Source: Alphaproteobacteria bacterium
GTDB taxonomy: Bacteria > Pseudomonadota > Alphaproteobacteria > Bin95
Assembly (NCBI GenBank): GCA_965215305.1
Contig: OZ244041.1
Span: forward strand, 3,486,283 to 3,550,282
DNA: 64,000 nt
Reading direction: 5' to 3'
Shown here: positions 40,957-50,333 of the stretch, in pieces
Layout of the letters: the number at the start of each line of letters is the position of its first letter
Position numbering within the stretch: the stretch's first letter is position 1
Notes under the pieces: model-generated
Databases searched by the model: none
The model's input: the letters and a program-made list of their open reading frames with translations, nothing else
What the model was told of the DNA's origin: nothing
Program-made: the position numbers and the translations under genes

Positions 40957-42222
40957 GTGAGTATAGTCCTGGGCGCAATTGCGGACGACTTCACCGGGGC
41001 CACGGACCTTGCCAGCGCCTGGGTGAAGGAAGGCGTCAGGACCGTGCAGGCGATCGGGACGCCTGCGGCCGGGACCGGGATCGGCGATGCGGAGGCGGTT
41101 GTCATCGCGCTCAAGTCCAGAACCGCGCCTGTCGATGAGGCGGTGCGCCAGTCGCTGGAGGCGCTGGCGTGGCTCCGCGAGGCGGGAGCCGTACAGGTCG
41201 TCTTCAAATACTGCTCGACTTTCGACTCCACCGACCGGGGCAATATCGGTCCTGTCGCCGATGCGCTGGCAGACGCGCTCGGCGCCGATTTCGCGCTCGT
41301 CTGTCCCGCCTTTCCGACGAACGGGCGCACGATCTACCGGGGCTATCTCTATGTCGGCGACATGCTGCTCTCTGAGTCGCCGATGAAGGACCACCCTCTG
41401 ACGCCGATGCGCGATTCCAGCCTGATCAGGCTGATGGCGGCGCAGTCCCGCAAGCCGGTTGGTCTGATTCCTCTGCAGGATGTCAGCGCCGGAGTCGAAC
41501 GGATCAGGTCCCGGATCGCCGAGCTGAAGGCCGGAGGAACGGGATACGGGGTCATCGATGCGGTTGCGGACGGCCATTTGCGCCTGATCGGCGAGGCCGC
41601 ATTCGACCACCCGTTGGTCACCGGCGGGTCGGGTATCGGTATCGGTCTGCCGGAGAACTTCCGCAAGTCGGGGCGGCTGTCGGCCGTCTCCGCCGCCGCG
41701 CTGCCGGCGACAGCCGGTCGCGAGATCGTGCTCGCCGGCAGTTGCTCCGTCGCCACCCGGGCGCAGATTGCCTCCGTCGAAGGCCGTTGGCCGACGCGAA
41801 AGCTGGACCCGGACGGACTTGCCGCAGGGCCTGGCGAAATCGAAGACGCCATAACTTGGGCGCTCGGCCGGTCGGCCGACACGCCGATTGCGATTTACGC
41901 ATCCGCCGGGCCGGAGGAAGTGGCTTCGGTACAGGCGCGCTACGGCGCCGATCGGGCCGGCTGCATGTTCGAAGCAGCCTTTGGCGCCATCGCGGCTGCG
42001 CTCGCCTGCCAAGGCTTTTCCCGCATTGTCGTCGCCGGAGGCGAGACGGCCGGGGCGGTCGTTTCGGCTCTCGGAATCCGACTCCTGCGGATCGCCCCGG
42101 AGATCGCCCCGGGCGTTCCGTGGACCGAGGCCGGCGGCGACAGGCCTCTGATGCTTGCATTGAAGTCCGGGAATTTCGGAACCGAAAGCTTCTTCGTCGA
42201 CGCCTTCGCGATGCTGCCATGA
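40957..42222 (+). CDS. otnK: 3-oxo-tetronate kinase (four-carbon acid sugar kinase, DUF1537)
   Basis: GAIADDFTGATD, ALKSRT, FKYCSTFDST..GNIGP, HPLTPM.DS, GSCS, AGGET, LKSGNFG. Confidence 0.88.
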   Translation: MSIVLGAIADDFTGATDLASAWVKEGVRTVQAIGTPAAGTGIGDAEAVVIALKSRTAPVDEAVRQSLEALAWLREAGAVQVVFKYCSTFDSTDRGNIGPVADALADALGADFALVCPAFPTNGRTIYRGYLYVGDMLLSESPMKDHPLTPMRDSSLIRLMAAQSRKPVGLIPLQDVSAGVERIRSRIAELKAGGTGYGVIDAVADGHLRLIGEAAFDHPLVTGGSGIGIGLPENFRKSGRLSAVSAAALPATAGREIVLAGSCSVATRAQIASVEGRWPTRKLDPDGLAAGPGEIEDAITWALGRSADTPIAIYASAGPEEVASVQARYGADRAGCMFEAAFGAIAAALACQGFSRIVVAGGETAGAVVSALGIRLLRIAPEIAPGVPWTEAGGDRPLMLALKSGNFGTESFFVDAFAMLP

Positions 42223-42857
42223 CCGAAGCGAGGTTGCGGGACCGGATTGCAGGCATGGCCAAGTCGCTGTTCGACCGGGGCCTGACTTTCGGATCGACCG
42301 GAAACATCAGCATCCGGCTCGACGACGGCTGGCTGATGACCCCCACCGGCTCCAGCATGGGCGATTTGGACCCGGAACGGATTTCCCGGCTCGACGCCGG
42401 AGGAAAGCTGGTTTCGGGCGATGCGCCAACAAAGGAGTCTTTCCTGCATATCGCCATGTACGAGTGCAGGCCGCGAGCCGGAGCGGTCGTGCATCTCCAC
42501 TCCACGCATTCGGTCGCCGTAAGCTGCCTCGACGGCATCGATGAAACGAACGTGCTGCCGCCGCTGACCGCCTACTACGCCATGCGGGTCGGCTCACTGC
42601 CGCTCATTCCCTATTTCCCGCCGGGGGATATCGAACTCGCGCGCGCGGTTCGCGAGATGGCGTCCGATCATCACGCAGTCCTGCTGGCCAATCACGGGCC
42701 GGTCGTGGCCGGGAAGTCGCTTGAAGATGCCGTCTATGCCACCGAGGAGTTGGAGGAGACAGCCAAACTGTTTCTCGCCCTGCAAGGCATGAAGACCCGG
42801 CCGCTGACTCCGGATCAGCTTTCGGAGATTCGACGCCGGTTCCCCGCCGACAGCTGA
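42219..42857 (+). CDS. otnC: 3-oxo-tetronate 4-phosphate decarboxylase (class II aldolase family)
   Basis: SLFDRGLT.GSTGNIS, PTKE..LH, VHLHSTH, LLANHGPV, EELEETAKL. ATGA overlap with otnK. Confidence 0.87.
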   Translation: MTEARLRDRIAGMAKSLFDRGLTFGSTGNISIRLDDGWLMTPTGSSMGDLDPERISRLDAGGKLVSGDAPTKESFLHIAMYECRPRAGAVVHLHSTHSVAVSCLDGIDETNVLPPLTAYYAMRVGSLPLIPYFPPGDIELARAVREMASDHHAVLLANHGPVVAGKSLEDAVYATEELEETAKLFLALQGMKTRPLTPDQLSEIRRRFPADS

Positions 42858-42898
42858 GCAGAAGGAGCCGCACCGAAGATGCTGCTGGAGGTATCGCC

Positions 42899-43840
42899 AT
42901 GATTCGCGCCGTTCGCGCCGTTCCCGGAAGTCCGCAGCGCCTCGAAATCGCCGAGGTCGAGGAGCGTCCGCCGTTCTCCAACGAGGCGCTGGTGCGCGTT
43001 TCCGCCTTCTCGCTCAATCGCGGCGAGGTGCGGCGCGCCGAGCGTGCGAACCGGCCGATCCGCATCGGCTGGGACATTGCGGGCAGGGTCGAGAAGGCCG
43101 CAGCCGACGGCTCCAGTCCACCGGAAGGCGCGCGAGTCGTCGGCTTCTCGCCGCGCATGGAGGGCTGGGCCGAGCGCGCGCCGATTCTCGGCAATTACCT
43201 CTGCCCGATCCCGGACGGCGTAAGCGACGCCGCCGCTGCAACGCTGCCTGTCGCCGGGCTCACCGCACTTCATTCCATCGACGCGGGCGACTGCCTGATC
43301 GGCGCGCGTGTGCTGGTTACCGGGGCAACCGGCGGCGTCGGCCTGTTTGCGGCCCAGCTTGCGCAGATCGGCGGGGCGGAAGTACTAAGCCAGGTCCGGC
43401 GCGAGGAGCAGCGCGCCTTTGCCGACCGGATCGGCCTCGGCACGGTCCTCGTCAGCGTGGACGGCGGCGGCATAGAGGCAGCCGGCCCCTATCGGCTGGT
43501 TGTCGATGGCGTCGCCGGGACGATCCTCGAAGCCGGCCTGCGTGCGCTTGGCCGCGAAGGGCTCGCGGTCTGCTACGGTGTCACGGCCGCGCCCGCGGTC
43601 TCCGTCGCCATCGGAGACTTCATGACCCGGGGCCTCGCACGTATCATGGGCTTCCATCTCTACCACAAGAGCGAGAGCGCCCCGCCGCGCGATCATCTTG
43701 CCCGGCTGCTCAGCCTCGTGGAGCAGAACCGCCTCAATACCGCCATTGAGCGCGAAGCGTCCTGGAGCGAGGTTGCACGCATGGCCAACGATCTGATCGC
43801 GCGCCGCTTCCCCGGCAAGGCCGTGTTGCATATCGACTGA
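42899..43840 (+). CDS. MDR (zinc-binding dehydrogenase-like / quinone reductase-like) oxidoreductase
   Basis: SLNRGE, GWD.AG, LPVAGLTA, TGATGGVG, GKAVL. Confidence 0.85.
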   Translation: MIRAVRAVPGSPQRLEIAEVEERPPFSNEALVRVSAFSLNRGEVRRAERANRPIRIGWDIAGRVEKAAADGSSPPEGARVVGFSPRMEGWAERAPILGNYLCPIPDGVSDAAAATLPVAGLTALHSIDAGDCLIGARVLVTGATGGVGLFAAQLAQIGGAEVLSQVRREEQRAFADRIGLGTVLVSVDGGGIEAAGPYRLVVDGVAGTILEAGLRALGREGLAVCYGVTAAPAVSVAIGDFMTRGLARIMGFHLYHKSESAPPRDHLARLLSLVEQNRLNTAIEREASWSEVARMANDLIARRFPGKAVLHID

Positions 43841-43968
43841 TTGGCCGCCGCATCGACCGGGAGCGTATGCCGGCCAACTTGTCCATTGCCGCCGGCGGCC
43901 GGATATCCGTAAGCTTCCCGCGACCGGGCGGCGGCCCTCCGTCCCCGGGGTTCGAGGGTTCCCCACCC

Positions 43969-45000
43969 ATGGCAGGCAGCGCGTTTCGACCGGCGAACCA
44001 TCCCCGCTTGGGTATCGCCCTTGTCTGCCTCGGCATGATCGTCATCACCGTCAATGATTCCATCATCAAGGCGCTGTCGGACCGCTACCCGCTGCACGAG
44101 ATCGTATTCGTGCGCGCGGCGGTGGCGCTGCTGTTCAGCCTCGCCGTGCTGCGTTTCGAGGGCGGCTTGCGGGCGCTTCGCACCGGACGCCCCGCTGCCC
44201 ATATCGCGCGCGGGCTCTGCATGGTTTTAGCGAACCTCGCCTTTTTCGGCGCCATCGCGGCGATCCCGCTGGCCGACGCAACGGCGCTTTTCTTTGTCGC
44301 CCCGTTGCTCATCACTCTGCTCTCCATCCCCTTCCTTGGCGAGAAGGTCGGCATCAGACGGTTTTCCGCCGTCGGAATCGGGTTCGTCGGCGTGCTGATC
44401 ATGCTCCGGCCGGGAACCGGCGAACTCGAACACGCCCCCGACCGGCTGACCCTGCTGCTGCCCATGATCGCGGCGTTCGCCTACGCCACCATGCAGATCC
44501 TGACGCGGAAGCTCAGGGCGAGCGCGCCGGCCTCGGCCATGGCGGCCTATATCCAGGGCATGTTCATTCTTGTCAGCCTTGGTTTTTTCGTCGTCGCCGG
44601 CGACGGCCGCTTCGCCGAGGGCATGGAGAACAGGAGCTGGCTGTTTCTGTTCCGCGCCTGGGTCTGGCCGACATTGGAGCACTGGCTTCTGTTCGTGCTG
44701 CTGGGCGGCCTTTCCGGCTTCATCGCCTATGCGCTGACCCAAGCCTACAGGCTGGCCGACGCCGCGACGCTCGCGCCCTTCGAATATATCGCGCTCCCCT
44801 CCGCCATCGTGATCGGCTGGCTGGTTTTCGACCATTTGCCGGACCGCTGGATGCTGCTCGGCTGTGCGCTCATCGCCGGCTCCGGCATCTATGTCTATCT
44901 GCGCGAGAGGCAGCTTGCGGCAGGTGCTTCCCCGGGCCGGCGTCCGCCAGGAGCGGCCTCCGGCCGACCGGATGCCCCTTCGACATCGAGACCGTGCTGA
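43969..45000 (+). CDS. DMT/EamA family transporter
   Basis: PLADATALFFVAP, LGEKVG.RR, LRPG, LAPFEY. About 10 TM segments. Confidence 0.88.
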   Translation: MAGSAFRPANHPRLGIALVCLGMIVITVNDSIIKALSDRYPLHEIVFVRAAVALLFSLAVLRFEGGLRALRTGRPAAHIARGLCMVLANLAFFGAIAAIPLADATALFFVAPLLITLLSIPFLGEKVGIRRFSAVGIGFVGVLIMLRPGTGELEHAPDRLTLLLPMIAAFAYATMQILTRKLRASAPASAMAAYIQGMFILVSLGFFVVAGDGRFAEGMENRSWLFLFRAWVWPTLEHWLLFVLLGGLSGFIAYALTQAYRLADAATLAPFEYIALPSAIVIGWLVFDHLPDRWMLLGCALIAGSGIYVYLRERQLAAGASPGRRPPGAASGRPDAPSTSRPC

Positions 45001-45061
45001 ACGCCCCTGGCGCCCCGCCAACTCTCGCAGATGTCTCGCAGTCAATCTGCATGTAAGAGTT

Positions 45062-45334
45062 ATACCAGCGGTCGTTGACGCGAACCGATGCCAGAGTTCG
45101 GGTTCGGCGGCGGTAAGGCGGAGCCGGAGCATCCGGTGCTGCGCGGACGGAGCAACCTCCTTGTCACCCCGGACGGCGCGGAGCGCCGATCCGGGGTCCA
45201 GCCTGTTGAGACCCCTGTGGGCTGCATCGGGAGTACTGGGTCCCGGATCAAGTCCGGGACGACAATTGGAGGGCCGGGGCGACAATGCGGGCCCGTGACC
45301 GCAGCCATGAGTCTCAACTCGAAACCGCTGGTAT
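45062..45334. mobile_element. Putative MITE (273 bp) with 11-bp terminal inverted repeats
   Basis: ATACCAGCGGT (45062-72) and ACCGCTGGTAT (45324-34) are exact reverse complements. Non-coding, and contains a REP-like element. Confidence 0.45.
45144..45265. repeat. REP-like palindromic element
   Basis: 45236-45265 is identical (30/30) to 34334-34363. 45144-45201 is near-identical to 34430-34487. Confidence 0.85.
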
Positions 45335-45478
45335 TATTTCCTTGTATTCGCAGCGAATCGCGCCGCCTTGCAAATCCGCAATGCGGGTGATTGCAACTGT
45401 TCGAACGACTGCCTATCACCTCCGGAGCAAGCTGTCCCCAAAAGGGATGGAATGAATCGACAGCCGGAACGTGCGACG

Positions 45479-46426
45479 ATGCCGAGGAAACGCAAACGAT
45501 CGAACACCGCTGTCCGCCGTGGACGCAATACGGGTCCGTCCGCCCCTAAGCAGGTCCCGGCCGGCTCCAGGACGCCGGAACGCGGCAGGCTTGTTCTCGA
45601 CAACGGGATTCTCGGCCTGGCGGCAGCCGGTGTGCTGCTCACCGGCTATCTGACCCTGGCCGCCTGGTTCGGCGAGCATCCGGCCTGGTGCGGGGCGGAG
45701 TCGCAATGCGACATCGTACAGTCGAGCCGATGGTCCACCTTGTTGGGCCTTCCGATGGCGCTCTGGGGTTGCCTTACCTACGCGCTGCTTGCCGGTCTGG
45801 CATGGCGCCTGCGTTCCCGGCCGCCGGCATGGAGCGCCCTGTTTCTCGTCGCCTGCGTCGGCGCCGGGGTGAGCTGGTTCCTGACCCTGGTGTCGTTCCT
45901 TGAGATCAAGGCGGTCTGCGAATACTGCCTTGCTTCATTCGCACTGATGAACCTGTTGCTTCTGCTCGTGGTCCTGCGCCGCTCTTCCGCGACGCCGGAG
46001 CGAGGCTGGCGCAAGACCCTGCTGTTCCCGGTCAGCGCCGCCATCGTGCTGGTTCTCGGCCTTCACCTGCATTTCAGCGGCCTCTTCGATCCTGCCGCCG
46101 GCCCCGAGGATCCCTATCTCAAGGCGCTGGCAACCCATTTGCAGGAAAACGGCGCACGCTTCTACGGCGCTTACTGGTGTCGGGCCTGCCAGGAGCAGAA
46201 GGCCCTGTTCACCTCCTCCGCCAAGCGGCTGCCCTATACCGAATGCGCCCCCTCTGGGCCGAACGGACCCCTCACAGCCGCCTGCACGGTCCAGGACATC
46301 CAGCGATATCCGACATGGATCGTCGAGGGCCGTCGCCTGACCGGGGTTGTGGATGTCGAGCGGCTCGCCCGGGCTTCGAAATTCGAATGGGATGCGGCGG
46401 CGCAGGAAAACGCGCCGGAGGGGTAA
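45479..46426 (+). CDS. VKOR family protein fused to a thioredoxin-like domain
   Basis: Loop Cys pair C.....C.IV.SS.WS, TM CEYC, then FYGAYWCRACQEQK, Y.EC, C....I..YPTW. Alternative start at 45452. Confidence 0.88.
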   Translation: MPRKRKRSNTAVRRGRNTGPSAPKQVPAGSRTPERGRLVLDNGILGLAAAGVLLTGYLTLAAWFGEHPAWCGAESQCDIVQSSRWSTLLGLPMALWGCLTYALLAGLAWRLRSRPPAWSALFLVACVGAGVSWFLTLVSFLEIKAVCEYCLASFALMNLLLLLVVLRRSSATPERGWRKTLLFPVSAAIVLVLGLHLHFSGLFDPAAGPEDPYLKALATHLQENGARFYGAYWCRACQEQKALFTSSAKRLPYTECAPSGPNGPLTAACTVQDIQRYPTWIVEGRRLTGVVDVERLARASKFEWDAAAQENAPEG

Positions 46427-46508
46427 CCGTCATTTCTGTCCGGGCCTGAAATCGTCGCCCCGGACACCGGTTCGGAGCCTCGATGGGCCGTCGCGACACC
46501 GCGCCGAT

Positions 46509-48047
46509 CTACCCCAATTCCCCCGCCGCCAGCATGCGGCGGAGTTCGTGCTTCAGCACCTTGCCGGTGGCGTTCCGGGGGAGCGCGTCGATGAACAGGA
46601 TTTGGCGCGGCTGCTTGAAGCGGGCGAGCTGGCCGGCGCAGTGGTCAAGGATCTGCTGCGACTCCAGCGCCGCGCCCTCGCGGCGCACGACCACCGCACA
46701 GCCGACCTCGCCCCAGCGCTCGTCCGGCACGCCGATCACAGCGGCTTCACCGACACCGTCCAGCCGGTAAAGTACATTCTCCACCTCCGCCGGATAGACG
46801 TTTTCGCCGCCGGAGATATACATGTCCTTCCATCGGTCCACGATGTAGTAGTAGCCCTCGTCATCGACCCAAACGGCGTCGCCCGTCTTCAGCCATTCGC
46901 CGTCGAAGGACTCCGCCGTCTCCTTCGGCTTGTTCCAGTAGCCGGGCGTCACATTCGGCCCCGCCACCTGGAGCTCCCCCCGCTCGCCGGGCGCGGCTTC
47001 GCGGCCCTCCTCGGTTATCACCCGCGTGCGGGTATAGAGCACGGGCTTGCCGGCCGAGCCGATCTTGCGCGTGGCGTCCACAGGGTCGAGCGCCATCACC
47101 AGCGGCGCGGTCTCGGTCATGCCGTAAGCCTGGGCGAGCGGAGCGCCCCTCGCCGCCCAGACCTCGATCAGCGCATGCGGCGTGGGGGCGGCGCCGACGC
47201 CGAACACCGAGACATGACTGAAATCCGCCCTCTCGAAGGCCGGAAGCTGCGCCATGAACTGGAAATTGGCCGGCACGCCGAGGAAATTGGTGATGCCGGC
47301 TTCCGGGTCGGCCAGCAGGCTGAGACATTGCTCGGGGTCAAAGCTCCGCGCGACCACCACCTTGCCGCCCGCATGCAGCACGGGATTGGCATAGGCGTTG
47401 AGGCCGCCGGTATGGAACAGAGGCAGTACGGTGAGCGTGACCGAATCGGCCGTGACCCGGTGCGGGATGCCGATATTCACCGTGTTGATGAAGGTCATGC
47501 CATGGGTGATGCGCGCGCCCTTGGGCAGGCCGGTGGTGCCCGAGGTGTACATGATGGTCGAGAGGTCCGCCATCTGTTGCGGCACCATCTCCGCCTCGCA
47601 GGGTCCTTCCTCGATCGCCGCCTCATATTCCGACGGGCCACCGTCGGCAGCGGTCTCCAGCCGGTGCCGGAAGCCCGTCTCTGCCTGCACGGCCGCAGCC
47701 GTTTCGGCAAAGCCGCGGTCGTGGATCATCGCCTTCGGCGCGGCGTCGCCGACGATATAGGAGAGCTCCGGCACGGTGAGCCGCCAGTTGAGCGGCACGA
47801 ACACCGCGCCCGCGCGGAAACAGGCGAACTGTACTTCCAGATAATCGCTGGAATTCTCCGCCAGCAGCGCCACACGGTCGCCGGGCTCGATCCCCAGCCG
47901 GTCGCGCAGGAAGCCCGCCAGGCTGCCGACCCGCCGGTTCATCAGCGCATAGTTGATTTCGCGGCTGCTTGCGAGATCGACAAGTGCGGTCTTCTCCGGC
48001 TGCCGCGCCGCATGGTGCGCAATCCAGTCGAAGGTCTCGAATTGCAT
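46509..48047 (-). CDS. Acyl-CoA synthetase (AMP-forming, FadD-like)
   Basis: YTSGTTGLPKG, PLFHTGG, YGMTET, TGD, SGGENVYPAEVE, GKVLK. Confidence 0.93.
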   Translation of the reverse strand: MQFETFDWIAHHAARQPEKTALVDLASSREINYALMNRRVGSLAGFLRDRLGIEPGDRVALLAENSSDYLEVQFACFRAGAVFVPLNWRLTVPELSYIVGDAAPKAMIHDRGFAETAAAVQAETGFRHRLETAADGGPSEYEAAIEEGPCEAEMVPQQMADLSTIMYTSGTTGLPKGARITHGMTFINTVNIGIPHRVTADSVTLTVLPLFHTGGLNAYANPVLHAGGKVVVARSFDPEQCLSLLADPEAGITNFLGVPANFQFMAQLPAFERADFSHVSVFGVGAAPTPHALIEVWAARGAPLAQAYGMTETAPLVMALDPVDATRKIGSAGKPVLYTRTRVITEEGREAAPGERGELQVAGPNVTPGYWNKPKETAESFDGEWLKTGDAVWVDDEGYYYIVDRWKDMYISGGENVYPAEVENVLYRLDGVGEAAVIGVPDERWGEVGCAVVVRREGAALESQQILDHCAGQLARFKQPRQILFIDALPRNATGKVLKHELRRMLAAGELG

Positions 48048-48070
48048 CCGTGCTGTCCCTCCGGAGCGCC

Positions 48071-49603
48071 CTAAAGCGGGATATTGTCGTGTTTCTTCCA
48101 GGGATTTTCCAACCGCTTGTTGCGCAATACCTCAAGCGACCGGCAGATACGAAAGCGGGTGTTGCGCGGGTGTATCACATCGTCGATATAGCCGCGCGCA
48201 GATGCGATGAAGGGGTTGGCGAATTTGTCCGCATATTCCGCCGTCCGCTCCGCGATCTTCTCCTCGTCGCCGATATCCTGGCGGAAGATGATCTCAACCG
48301 CGCCCTTGGCGCCCATCACGGCGATTTCCGCCTGCGGCCAGGCATAATTCACATCGCCGCGCAGATGCTTCGAGCTCATCACGTCATAGGCGCCGCCATA
48401 GGCCTTGCGGGTAATCAGCGTGACCTTCGGCACCGTGGCCTCGGCATAGGCGAACAGGAGCTTCGCGCCATGCTTGATGATGCCGCCATATTCCTGGACG
48501 GTGCCGGGCAGGAATCCCGGCACATCGACGAAGGTGACGATCGGCAGGTTGAAGGCGTCGCAGAAGCGGACGAACCGCCCGCCCTTGCGCGCGCTGTCGA
48601 TATCGAGGCAACCGGCCAGCACCATGGGCTGATTGGCGACGATCCCAACGGGCTGGCCGCCATAGCGGGCGAAACCGATGACGATATTCGCCGCCCAGTC
48701 CGGCTGGAGCTCGAAGAACACACCTTCATCCGCTGTCTTGCGGATCAATTCCTTGATGTCGTAGGGCTGGTTCGGATTGTCCGGCACAAGGCTGTCGAGC
48801 GAGAGCTCCTGGCGGGCGATGGGGTCTTCCGTCGGCCGGAGCGGCGGCGGCTCGCGGTTCGAGGACGGCAGGAAGCCCAGGAAGCGGCGGACCTGAAGCA
48901 GCGCCTCGATATCGTTGTCGAGCGCGAGATCGGCGACGCCGGAGCGTCGGGCGTGCGTGCGTGCGCCGCCGAGCTCCTCATGGGTCACCGTCTCGTGGGT
49001 CACCGTCCGCACCACGTCGGGGCCGGTGACATACATGAAGGAAGTATCCTCCACCATGAAGATGAAATCCGTCATCGCCGGCGAATAGACCGCGCCGCCG
49101 GCGCAGGGCCCCATGATGACCGAGACCTGCGGCACGACGCCGGACGCCAGCACATTGCGCTGGAACACCTCTGCATAGCCGCCGAGTGAAGCAACGCCTT
49201 CCTGGATGCGCGCGCCGCCCGAATCGTTGAGGCCGACGACTGGCGCGCCCACCTTCATCGCCCGGTCCATCACCTTGCAGATCTTCTCCGCATGCGCTTC
49301 CGAAAGCGAGCCGCCGAACACGGTGAAATCCTGGCTGAAGACGAAGACCAGCCGTCCGTTCACCGTGCCGTGACCGGTGACCACGCCGTCGCCCGGAATG
49401 CGCTGCGCCTCCATGCCGAAATCAGCACAGCGATGCTCGACGAACATGTCGTATTCCTCGAAGGAGCCTTCGTCGAGCAGCACCTCCAGCCGCTCGCGCG
49501 CCGTCAGCTTGCCGCGCCGGTGCTGCGCCTCGATCCGCCGCTCGCCGCCGCCGAGGCGGGCCTGCGCACGCTTGGCTTCCAGCATGTCCACAATGTCGGT
49601 CAT
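48071..49603 (-). CDS. pccB: Propionyl-CoA carboxylase beta chain
   Basis: [64 protein letters not shown]. Confidence 0.93.
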   Translation of the reverse strand: MTDIVDMLEAKRAQARLGGGERRIEAQHRRGKLTARERLEVLLDEGSFEEYDMFVEHRCADFGMEAQRIPGDGVVTGHGTVNGRLVFVFSQDFTVFGGSLSEAHAEKICKVMDRAMKVGAPVVGLNDSGGARIQEGVASLGGYAEVFQRNVLASGVVPQVSVIMGPCAGGAVYSPAMTDFIFMVEDTSFMYVTGPDVVRTVTHETVTHEELGGARTHARRSGVADLALDNDIEALLQVRRFLGFLPSSNREPPPLRPTEDPIARQELSLDSLVPDNPNQPYDIKELIRKTADEGVFFELQPDWAANIVIGFARYGGQPVGIVANQPMVLAGCLDIDSARKGGRFVRFCDAFNLPIVTFVDVPGFLPGTVQEYGGIIKHGAKLLFAYAEATVPKVTLITRKAYGGAYDVMSSKHLRGDVNYAWPQAEIAVMGAKGAVEIIFRQDIGDEEKIAERTAEYADKFANPFIASARGYIDDVIHPRNTRFRICRSLEVLRNKRLENPWKKHDNIPL

Positions 49604-49636
49604 GGGCCTTTGGCCTCCTCGTCTATAGCAGCACCT

Positions 49637-50329
49637 CTATAGCAGGGCCGCGAAGCGCTCGACGGCGGCGAGCTCGTCCCGGAGCGCAGCACCCCGCCTG
49701 CGCGCGTCCTCCTCCTCGCCCCAATGTTCCGCCTGCCACTCGTCGTCAATGCGCGCGCAGCGCCATGCCTGGCAAGCATTCAGACGGCCGCCAATCAGCG
49801 CCATGCCGAGCGCGGCGGAGCCGGTGGCGGCAACAGCAGTGTGGAGCGCCGTCAGCCGGAACGGCCCATGCGCGTCCACCGCCAGCCGGAGCGCGTCGAG
49901 CGCTGCGTCGTCCTGTGGCGCCGGCATCACGCCTGCGACCGGCTTGAGGCACACGCCATACGTTGCAGCCAACCAGTCGAGCACAGGCTGCCAGGCCGCA
50001 TTCTGCCGCCGCGCGAGCTCCCTGCCGGCCGCGTCGCGGTAACAGAGCAAGTCGGTTTCACCATAGCGCGCGATCTCGGCGGCGACCTCGCCGGCGCGCG
50101 GCGCGACCCGGTCGAGAGCCGTCGCCGAGAGGGTCATCATCGCCATGGTCCGAGGCTGGACCGTCTCGTCCTGCGCCGCCCATTCGCCTGCAACCGCCTC
50201 AGCCAGCGCCGGGCTCGGCAGGGCGAGAAGCCGGCCCGCCGGCGTGCGCACCCGGCGCCCGTCCAGCGCGACGCCGTAGCCGTCCAGGTCGAGCGGCACC
50301 GCCTCCGCCTGCCTGTAGAAGCGCTTCAT
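49637..50329 (-). CDS. ATP12 family F1-ATPase chaperone
   Basis: MKRFY, LDGR..RTP, A.EW.AQ, TDLLCYR, IDDEWQ...WG. Confidence 0.9.
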   Translation of the reverse strand: MKRFYRQAEAVPLDLDGYGVALDGRRVRTPAGRLLALPSPALAEAVAGEWAAQDETVQPRTMAMMTLSATALDRVAPRAGEVAAEIARYGETDLLCYRDAAGRELARRQNAAWQPVLDWLAATYGVCLKPVAGVMPAPQDDAALDALRLAVDAHGPFRLTALHTAVAATGSAALGMALIGGRLNACQAWRCARIDDEWQAEHWGEEEDARRRGAALRDELAAVERFAALL

Positions 50330-50333
50330 GGCG

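Noticed and set aside
39580-42222. 880-aa ORF suggesting a large fusion with OtnK
   Set aside because: The N-terminal half is an Arg/Gly-rich off-frame read through the GST and MDR genes. The real OtnK begins at GTG 40957.
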